A stretch of DNA of 64,000 nucleotides, from NCBI GenBank assembly GCA_000993205.1, contig LBVU01000003.1, positions 21,820-85,819 of the forward strand. The letters run 5' to 3'. This document shows, one piece after another, positions 57,155 through 64,000 of the stretch. Each line of letters opens with the position of its first letter. The stretch's first letter is position 1. Under the pieces are notes generated by a model. That model was not told the DNA's origin and did no database searches. It saw nothing but the letters and a program-made list of their open reading frames with translations. This DNA comes from Candidatus Woesebacteria bacterium GW2011_GWB1_39_10 (GTDB taxonomy: Bacteria; Patescibacteriota; Microgenomatia; UBA8517). Made by a program: the position numbers and the translations under genes.

Positions 57155-57349
57155 TCAGACCTCATTCAGAAGAGCTCTTCTATATTTATTGTCTTTTTTA
57201 ATAAAGATTCTGCCGCATTTTTTACACGTCACCTGTTCCCCCGCATTTGTTGTTTTGCTGGTTCCATCTGTTAGATTTGTTCCACAACCAACACACCTTC
57301 CCTGAGAAAGTAACCAAGCCTGCATCGGAGCTATTACACTTTTGAACAT
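57155..57349 (-). CDS. small zinc-ribbon protein (64 aa)
   Basis: CVGCG...CKKCG. TATACT lies 8 nt upstream of the ATG. Confidence 0.5.
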   Translation of the reverse strand: MFKSVIAPMQAWLLSQGRCVGCGTNLTDGTSKTTNAGEQVTCKKCGRIFIKKDNKYRRALLNEV

Positions 57350-57357
57350 CTATCTAA

Positions 57358-57384
57358 AGTATAGCATGGGAAACAGGAAGTCAA
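57358..57384 (-). promoter_or_regulatory. promoter TTGACT-N15-TATACT
   Basis: Seen in the sequence. Confidence 0.4.
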
Positions 57385-57421
57385 CCTACTAAAAGTCCTG
57401 AGCGAGTGTAGCGAGTCGAAG

Positions 57422-57470
57422 GAAAACAAACCGGGCCCTGAAGGTATAGTAAAAAATACCCCCAGGGCCC
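57422..57470 (-). terminator. rho-independent terminator (GGCCCTG...CAGGGCC + U-rich tract) after ruvX
   Basis: Seen in the sequence. Confidence 0.5.
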
Positions 57471-57528
57471 AAGACTCAAATTTCTAAAGAGAGATTACTC
57501 TTGAAGTTGTACGAAATTCTTAGTGGAG

Positions 57529-57936
57529 TCAAGTTCTTTTGCCACTTTCCAAATAATTCTGAAGCATTATAGAGGCGGCGAAGGCGTCTTCCATCCCGCG
57601 GGCTTTTTTGCGGGACATTCCGGCCTCTCTACTCAACTTTTGAGCATCCTGTGAGGTCAGAGTTTCATCGAAAAACTCAAATGGAAGAGCGAAAAGCGAA
57701 GAGTGGAGAGTTTCTGCAAATTTTTTTGATTCTTCACCCATTTCTCCCTCCGAAATACCAACTACAACTTTGTCTACTTGCTTGTCCGCCGAAGCCTCGG
57801 CGAAGGCAGATGATACTTTTTCGATAGCGTCCTCAAAACTTTTTACACGAATAACTTTCCAAGGCTCGGCAAAATCTCCTTCTGCAATTGCCAATCCCAC
57901 TTTTGCCCTTCCGTAGTCAATTCCTAATATTTTCAT
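57529..57936 (-). CDS. ruvX: Holliday-junction resolvase-like RNase H-fold protein YqgF/RuvX
   Basis: MKILGIDYGRAKVGLAIAE start. Confidence 0.8.
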   Translation of the reverse strand: MKILGIDYGRAKVGLAIAEGDFAEPWKVIRVKSFEDAIEKVSSAFAEASADKQVDKVVVGISEGEMGEESKKFAETLHSSLFALPFEFFDETLTSQDAQKLSREAGMSRKKARGMEDAFAASIMLQNYLESGKRT

Positions 57937-58613
57937 TGTGGTGGAACTACTCTTGCCCTTACAATCAATCTCCTTGACAATGTCGGGTCCCCTGGTGGCA
58001 CACAAGTTACAAGAGTCAAAAATGAATCGCTTGAATCCTGATCCAGAACTTGAATGTCGGTAGGCTTAACCTCAAACATTGTTTCAACCCGATACTTGTA
58101 TGAAATTCCGTCGTAATTAACGTCTATCTCATCTCCAATCCTTAACGTTGGAAGCATGGAAAAAATAGCAAGATAATTTTTGGGGTTATAAAAGATGGGG
58201 AGGATTGAATGACCAAAAAGTACGGAGTTGCCCCTTTTACCGGGAAGTGCAGTACCCGGGTATTGAATAATATGTTGGCTCAAATCCTCTCCTCCGATTG
58301 CTACGGTTGCATCTATAACCTTAATTTTAGGAATAGAAATTGTATAATACTCAACTTTTGAATTGGTAAAGTCGGATTTTTCTGCACCCCCCGTAAACCA
58401 GTTGCTCGCCTGAGTGTAATCAACTGTCCCTGTTGTACTGGCTCCTGCAACCACACTACCGGCTGTATCGGAAACCGGGGAAACTATTTTTTGAAAGTTT
58501 TTGGAGTAGGTTGAATCATAAGCAACTATTGGGTAGATCACCCCAATCAAAATTATTACTCCCGATATTCCGGAAACAATTGCCGCGATACGTAATATTG
58601 TTTTTTGAGACAT
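57933..58613 (-). CDS. sortase family transpeptidase
   Basis: N-terminal TM helix. Catalytic motifs LTLVTC and FGHS. Confidence 0.75.
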   Translation of the reverse strand: MSQKTILRIAAIVSGISGVIILIGVIYPIVAYDSTYSKNFQKIVSPVSDTAGSVVAGASTTGTVDYTQASNWFTGGAEKSDFTNSKVEYYTISIPKIKVIDATVAIGGEDLSQHIIQYPGTALPGKRGNSVLFGHSILPIFYNPKNYLAIFSMLPTLRIGDEIDVNYDGISYKYRVETMFEVKPTDIQVLDQDSSDSFLTLVTCVPPGDPTLSRRLIVRARVVPPQ

Positions 58614-58657
58614 AATAACTTAGATAACATTTTAACTTTTAACTTTTGAATTTACTA

Positions 58658-60781
58658 TCACCTATCGGCCACAACTTCTATTTTTATATTTTTTAGAACC
58701 CTGGGTATTACTCCAAAGGCTCCAGGAAAATGAGGGTCTAAGGTTATATCTGCCCTGGAAAATCCCGGAATTGATGTTAAATAATTTTCCGTTATCCGTG
58801 GAGTCCTACCGGAAATTTGTTTTGCTATCGAATCAGTATTTACTTGAGGTAAAAAATTGGCATTTATTGCAACTTTATAAATGAAGTTGTCGTCTTTTTG
58901 TGAAATAAATGTAAATTTAAAATCGATCTGTGAGTCCCTAAGAACAAAGCCCGGCGGAACTTTGTTTTTTAATATATTGCGTGCATATTCTAAAAGCTTC
59001 TGTTTATCGACAGCAATTGTCGCAAGAGACAAAGACAGAGACAGTTTCAAACTATCGGCCGCATCCCCCACTTTATGATCAAAGTTTTCCGAAGAAATAT
59101 CTATCTCCGCAAGATCGTCTACAGAAATTTGGCCGTCGGCAACTTTAGTTGAAAGCTCCACCTTGCCTTTTGCTGTTAGTTCTTCTTTCAGTTGAGACTT
59201 AAGGGCATCCTGATCGTCCTTGCTTACTGCCGCTATCTGCTGGCTATTTCCTCCGGAAAAGTCCCCTGTCGAAGTTCCTGCAACCAAAGACTTTGAAAAA
59301 TTTCCAACTTTAAACACTTCGCCTTTGGGTAAATTGTATTGCGCTCCAATATCAAAGGCTGTAACATCTGCCGCAGCGGTTCCAGGAGAACCTGGTAAAA
59401 GTTGAGAAGAAACAGAAGCTTCACTATTGGTAACAAACTTAAGTCCTCCGGAAGATAGAAGTATTGTACCAGCCGCCAAATCAATCGGACTGCTATTGCC
59501 ATTTGCAATTTGAACTGTTCCTTTTGCCTTATCTCCAATCAATTTAAAACCGGAGGTTGCTTTTGTTTTTTCCGATGAAACTTGAGCTGTTATTTTACTG
59601 GCAGGAACAGTGCCGGTTCCCACATCTGTTTGTCCGCCGACATTAAATGTTATTTCAGATTCTTCCTGAAAAGTTTTTGGCGTAACGTAAATTGTCACGA
59701 GCGCTTTAGGGAAAAACCACCATCCCAAACCCAAAATCAAAAAGAGAGCTATCACGAATATCCCCACAATCGTAACAAATCTTCCGGAAGGAACTGACGA
59801 CTTATGGAAAAGGTTTTTTGTTTTCTTGATATAATCTCCTATCCCTCGCCTTTCATGTATTTGGGGTTGGGGCAATGGAATCTCCGGGGTTGTGTTAAGA
59901 GAAACATCTTGCCCTGTTGAAAAACCCAAAGCCTCGGGAGTAAGTTCTTCTTCGGGGGGAACCACATTGCTTTCTTCTTTATTTTCTTCCAACGCGGGTG
60001 TCGTAGTTTCAACTTCAGATTTGATTTGAGACACTTGACCTATTTCGCTCGCTCCCGCAAGACTTGTTGCTAATATCTTCCTATCTGAAGTTAGAGTTTC
60101 AATTTTTGGCGCATGTAAAAATTTAATTTTACCTTCTTCCACCCATGAAGCCTGCAATATGGTTTCTTTCGCTTCATCGAGTTCCCCTCCTTTGCCATCA
60201 AAAATTATGAATCTGGAAGGCAGGGGGGAAGCCCCATTAAATCTAGATAGTCCTTCTGTGATGTCCTCGATTAATGAAACACTTCTGGCAACCGAGGTTG
60301 AACCAACCAAGTTCCCCAGTTTAAAAACCGAAATCTCCAAAAATCCACTACCCAGCCCCACAATAATGGCATTAACAGGAGACCCTTCCTCGGATTTGTA
60401 AAAATGAGCGATGGCTTCATTGATGACAACAAAACCTACGGGGTTTAAAGATAAATCTGCACAAATCTTTTTAATTTTTTCTAAATGCTCTTCTGCTATC
60501 TCTCCGCCCTTTACCCATGCCGACGGAACCCCAAAAACAGTTTTTGACGGCTCCGGATAATTTTCGGGAAGTTTTTGCATCGTGGAAGATAGCGCCGCGT
60601 CAGCCGCCCCCACCAATTCTTCATCAACCTCCCAGGCAGCTCCCGGGCCAATATTAACCATATTGGCAGCTTCACCCTCCACATACCAAATACCTGCCTG
60701 CACCCATCCCGGTTCAAGTACAACCGACCAGAAAAGTTCGGGTGGTTTGTTGCGTACGTTCAAAAAATCTTTTAAATTCAT
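58658..60781 (-). CDS. large bitopic membrane protein with a cytoplasmic N-terminal domain of possible actin-like/FtsA-PilM fold, one TM helix, and a long S/T/G-rich extracellular domain
   Basis: TM segment FVTIVGIFVIALFLILGLGWWFF. Weak ASKHA-like glycine motifs in the N-terminus. Confidence 0.45.
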   Translation of the reverse strand: MNLKDFLNVRNKPPELFWSVVLEPGWVQAGIWYVEGEAANMVNIGPGAAWEVDEELVGAADAALSSTMQKLPENYPEPSKTVFGVPSAWVKGGEIAEEHLEKIKKICADLSLNPVGFVVINEAIAHFYKSEEGSPVNAIIVGLGSGFLEISVFKLGNLVGSTSVARSVSLIEDITEGLSRFNGASPLPSRFIIFDGKGGELDEAKETILQASWVEEGKIKFLHAPKIETLTSDRKILATSLAGASEIGQVSQIKSEVETTTPALEENKEESNVVPPEEELTPEALGFSTGQDVSLNTTPEIPLPQPQIHERRGIGDYIKKTKNLFHKSSVPSGRFVTIVGIFVIALFLILGLGWWFFPKALVTIYVTPKTFQEESEITFNVGGQTDVGTGTVPASKITAQVSSEKTKATSGFKLIGDKAKGTVQIANGNSSPIDLAAGTILLSSGGLKFVTNSEASVSSQLLPGSPGTAAADVTAFDIGAQYNLPKGEVFKVGNFSKSLVAGTSTGDFSGGNSQQIAAVSKDDQDALKSQLKEELTAKGKVELSTKVADGQISVDDLAEIDISSENFDHKVGDAADSLKLSLSLSLATIAVDKQKLLEYARNILKNKVPPGFVLRDSQIDFKFTFISQKDDNFIYKVAINANFLPQVNTDSIAKQISGRTPRITENYLTSIPGFSRADITLDPHFPGAFGVIPRVLKNIKIEVVADR

Positions 60782-60884
60782 AAATATAATTAATAACTAA
60801 GAATTAATAACTAATAACTGAAGTGTTAAGCTCCCGTTGGTTTTTAATTTTGAGTTATGGTTATTAGATCTTAGTTTTAAGTTC

Positions 60885-62720
60885 TTAGTTAATTAGACTT
60901 GCATAGAGCCTAACAATTCCCGCTCCTATTTTCTCCTGCTTAATAATATTAACACCACCAACATCTTTTGTGTGTGTTACGTGTGGCCCACCGCATATCT
61001 CGCGCGAGAATGCGCGTCCTGAATTTATTTCAGGACCTGCCTTAGGACCTATTGAATATACCTTAACCCTTTCTCCATATTTCTCTGCAAAAAAGTGAAG
61101 GGCGCCTATTTTAATTGCTTCATCCAAACTCATTTCAGAAAAAGTCACAGTCAAATCTTCCTTTATTTTTTCATTGACCAAGCTTTCAACTTTTTTAATT
61201 TCATCGTCTGTTAATTTTTGCGGATAGGAAAAATCGAAGCGCAATCTTTCGCCTGTTATATGGCTTCCTTTTTGACCAACGTGTTCACCTAAAATCTTGC
61301 GTAGGGCGGCATGAAGTAAATGTGTTGCTGTATGGAGTTTGGTTATATTTTCGTCTGATTTATTTTCCAATCCTCCTTTAAAAATTCCGGCTGACATGCT
61401 GCGACTGTTTTCTTTGTGTTTTTCAAATTCACTCTCGAATAAATTTTTCTCTTCGGTGGAAAAATTCATACCATTCTGCGACAAAATTTCCATGGTAAGT
61501 TCCAGCGGAAATCCATCATTCTGATAAAGATCGAAGGCAACTTTACCGTCGATTTTTATTCCATCAGATACTGCATGGGTTAACTTGGCCAAGCCTCGTT
61601 TTAGAGCCGACTCAAATCTCGTTGCTTCTAAATTTAAGTTCTCCTCTATAAAGCTCCAATTTTTATCCACGCTTGGATAATGATTCCTCAAGTCTTCTGC
61701 GATATGGGAAACAGAAGAACCTGAAATTCCGCTTCCTAAAAGGTGTATATGAAACATTGCCCGTCTTATAAGCCTTCTTAACGCGTAACCGTGAAGTTTG
61801 TTTCCAGGAAGAATCCCTTCCGCGAGTAAACTGCAGCTTGTCCTAAGGTGGTCCGCAACAATTCTAAAATCACGGTCTTTTTTGGAATCGGTCCCGTAAT
61901 TCACACCAATTTCAGTCTCAATTTTTTTGATAATCCCGGTAAACATATCAATTTGAAAAACATCAGGGTCGTTATTTAGTGCAGCTGCAATACGTTCCAG
62001 ACCACCTCCAAAATCAACATTTTTCTGGGGTAATGCGACCAAACCACCGTATTCTTCTTTTTTGTAGCACATAAAAACCGAGTTCCCAATTTCCAAAAAC
62101 TTTCCACAATCGCAATTTGGATGGCAGAACGAACCAAACTCTGGATTATGAGAAACTTCTTCAAAATCATAAAAAATTTCTGAAGTCGTTCCTCCAATCT
62201 CACCCGAGGGCATATTGGTAGGTAGCATCCCATTCCTTGCCCACCAATTTTTCTTAAGATCGTAATAGTGTATGTGGGTATCGTTAACACCAATTTTCTT
62301 CCAAATTTCATAAGATTCTGTATCTTTTGGAACAATATCGTTTCCCTCAAAAACACTTACGTATAATTTTTCTTTATCGAAGCCGATTTCTTTAGTTAAA
62401 AATTCCCAAACCCAAGATAGTTGATCTTCTTTAAAATAATCTCCAAAACTCCAATTACCTAACATTTCGAAGGATGACAAGTGACGATTGTCTGCCACCT
62501 CGTCCAAGTCTTGCATACGAATTGAGAGTTGTGAATCAACAAGTCTGGTTCCGAGAGGGTGTTTTTCACCCTTAAGATACGGTATCATTTGCTGCATTCC
62601 AGATGAGGTAAAAAGCGTAGTCGGGTCGTTTTCCAAAACAAGTGGGGATGGAACAGTTTCGACATGCCCTCTATCTGTAAAAAATTTTATGTATTTCTCA
62701 CGGATTTCTTTTGTCGTCAT
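60885..62720 (-). CDS. alaS: alanine--tRNA ligase, short form (611 aa; catalytic, tRNA-recognition and editing HxxxH core, no C-Ala domain)
   Basis: N-terminal class II motifs, ...HTATHLLHAALR... editing motif. Confidence 0.8.
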   Translation of the reverse strand: MTTKEIREKYIKFFTDRGHVETVPSPLVLENDPTTLFTSSGMQQMIPYLKGEKHPLGTRLVDSQLSIRMQDLDEVADNRHLSSFEMLGNWSFGDYFKEDQLSWVWEFLTKEIGFDKEKLYVSVFEGNDIVPKDTESYEIWKKIGVNDTHIHYYDLKKNWWARNGMLPTNMPSGEIGGTTSEIFYDFEEVSHNPEFGSFCHPNCDCGKFLEIGNSVFMCYKKEEYGGLVALPQKNVDFGGGLERIAAALNNDPDVFQIDMFTGIIKKIETEIGVNYGTDSKKDRDFRIVADHLRTSCSLLAEGILPGNKLHGYALRRLIRRAMFHIHLLGSGISGSSVSHIAEDLRNHYPSVDKNWSFIEENLNLEATRFESALKRGLAKLTHAVSDGIKIDGKVAFDLYQNDGFPLELTMEILSQNGMNFSTEEKNLFESEFEKHKENSRSMSAGIFKGGLENKSDENITKLHTATHLLHAALRKILGEHVGQKGSHITGERLRFDFSYPQKLTDDEIKKVESLVNEKIKEDLTVTFSEMSLDEAIKIGALHFFAEKYGERVKVYSIGPKAGPEINSGRAFSREICGGPHVTHTKDVGGVNIIKQEKIGAGIVRLYASLIN

Positions 62721-62738
62721 GGCTAAAGTATAGCACCT

Positions 62739-62981
62739 TTAGCCACCGTGAGTTTCCAGCTTTTTGTTTTTATGAAGAAGTTCCAAAACAGAACTAAGAC
62801 GCTCCGGACGGATTAATCCTCCACCCAAGATCGCGTCTTCCAAAATAGAATTTAGACGTTTTATGGCACGCCTTAAATCGATAATAATTAACATCACCTG
62901 CACTCCAACAATAACCAAAAGTAAGGTCAAACTGACTACTACAACTATTAAAAGTGTTTGAATATTATCCACGTATAACAA
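62739..62981 (-). CDS. hypothetical small membrane protein (TTG start; alternative SD-led ATG inside)
   Basis: ORF with a TM segment. Confidence 0.35.
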   Translation of the reverse strand: MLYVDNIQTLLIVVVVSLTLLLVIVGVQVMLIIIDLRRAIKRLNSILEDAILGGGLIRPERLSSVLELLHKNKKLETHGG

Positions 62982-63089
62982 TTATCAAGTAACAATTAAC
63001 AATTTACAATGAGTTATCATTTTTACAATTTTTCAATTGATAATTGGTACCTGAAAATTTATTGAAAATTGAAAAGTGAAAATTGCTAA

Positions 63090-63746
63090 TTAATCTGGCC
63101 GTACTGTTATTGTGCGTCTAATCACTCTCTCTTTACCAGATCTTGAAATTGCTTGAATAACAATCTCTTTTGTATCGGGCACGACTGCAATACTTACAGA
63201 GAATTTTCCGTCATTATCAACTAAAACCGGTTGGTTGTTGATCGTTATTTTTACATCAACATCGGTATTGCCAAAGACTAATACATTTCCACCTACCACA
63301 GTTTGATTTTCTGCAGGACTATCTACCGTTAGAGCCGGGGGTGAAATAAATCTTATATATTGAAATGCTAGATAGCCAAATATCAAGACAAAAACCACTC
63401 CTACTCCAACAATGAAGGTCAATTTGGGACTCCAAGTAAACTTCCGGGATACGTCCGGTTTCGGGTTAATTCTCAAATTTTTAGGCGGATAGTCGCGTTT
63501 TAAAGTTGCAACGGCAATCCTCTCGTCAACCTCAAGAGTTCCGGCGATACTCTTTACAAAACCCAAAACCGTCGGGAAGGGTGGTAAATCTTCCCACCTT
63601 CCTTCTTCTATCAAGGAAATAAAATCTTTTTTAATTTTCGTTATTCCCTCCAGGTGATTAAGGGAATAATCTTTTCCTGCACGGGCATTTTTTAGAATTT
63701 GGCCAATAGTGTTCATGATGTCATAACTTAAAGAGGATTCTATCAC
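63090..63746 (-). CDS. RodZ-like protein (HTH + TM + C-terminal domain)
   Basis: N-terminal XRE-type HTH and a single TM helix. Confidence 0.45.
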   Translation of the reverse strand: MIESSLSYDIMNTIGQILKNARAGKDYSLNHLEGITKIKKDFISLIEEGRWEDLPPFPTVLGFVKSIAGTLEVDERIAVATLKRDYPPKNLRINPKPDVSRKFTWSPKLTFIVGVGVVFVLIFGYLAFQYIRFISPPALTVDSPAENQTVVGGNVLVFGNTDVDVKITINNQPVLVDNDGKFSVSIAVVPDTKEIVIQAISRSGKERVIRRTITVRPD

Positions 63747-64000
63747 TCCGTTCCAGAATGACCAAAGGAAGCCAGGAATTCATCAGCATTTTGGACCAGC
63801 ACTTCTCTGGGCTTACTGCTTCCGTCCGAGACGGATATAACTCCAGCTGCTTCGAGTTGATCAACAATTCTGGCAGCCCTTGCGTATCCAATCGATAATC
63901 TTCTCTGAAGAAGCGAAGCCGACGCACGGTCGTATTGACAAACGACTTTGACAGCCTCCTTAAACAAATTATCTGTATCTCCCTCAACTCCAGGGACAGA
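63743..64000 (-). CDS. ftsK: DNA translocase FtsK, 3' end only (gamma winged-helix domain); gene continues beyond the window
   Basis: ...LFKEAVKVVCQYDRASASLLQRRLSIGYARAARIVDQLEAAGVIS... gamma domain. The frame is open to the window edge. Confidence 0.7.
   Translation of the reverse strand, partial: SVPGVEGDTDNLFKEAVKVVCQYDRASASLLQRRLSIGYARAARIVDQLEAAGVISVSDGSSKPREVLVQNADEFLASFGHSGTE

Overview
This window appears to be a low-GC, gene-dense bacterial contig. Several traits point to a Candidate Phyla Radiation (Patescibacteria-like) organism: L30 (rpmD) is missing between rpsE and rplO, alaS is short (611 aa), RNase Y lacks its membrane anchor, Shine-Dalgarno sequences are weak or absent, and many mRNAs look leaderless.

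The window is dominated by one long minus-strand translation and transcription supercluster (about 23.3-56.0 kb): rpoB-rpoC-rpsL-rpsG-fusA-tuf-rpsJ-[insertion]-rplC...rplO (S10 and spc operons)-[insertion]-secY-[insertion]-adk-map-infA-rpmJ-rpsM-rpsK-rpsD-rpoA-rplQ-rplM-rpsI.

Other recognisable genes include cca, secDF, dtd, comM, pyrH, RNase P RNA (rnpB), miaA, an ABC-2 transporter, HU, rny, recA-recX, tRNA-Pro(GGG), mltG, ruvX, a sortase, alaS, a RodZ-like protein and the 3' end of ftsK.

The most unusual parts are accessory insertions inside otherwise universally conserved ribosomal operons:
- A DinJ/YafQ-type toxin-antitoxin pair plus a small membrane protein sit between rpsJ and rplC.
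- A YerC/TrpR-family regulator lies between rplO and secY, bracketed by a 10-N8-10 palindrome that recurs 10 kb away.
- Two higher-GC, Shine-Dalgarno-led foreign-looking genes flank secY, each preceded by the same roughly 50-bp promoter-like repeat.
- A retropepsin-like aspartic protease sits next to adk.

Further recurring signals include:
- An intercistronic hairpin that sequesters the Shine-Dalgarno sequence, present at five operon junctions and supported by one compensatory variant.
- A REP-like palindrome family that includes the recA-recX spacer.
- A GIY-YIG gene bracketed by repeats.
- Two thermonuclease paralogs that share nucleotide blocks read in different frames.
- A dispersed G-rich TTAGGG/TTGGGG-like repeat family.
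- Consensus promoters placed 8-10 nt upstream of ATG codons, which implies leaderless expression, including of tuf.
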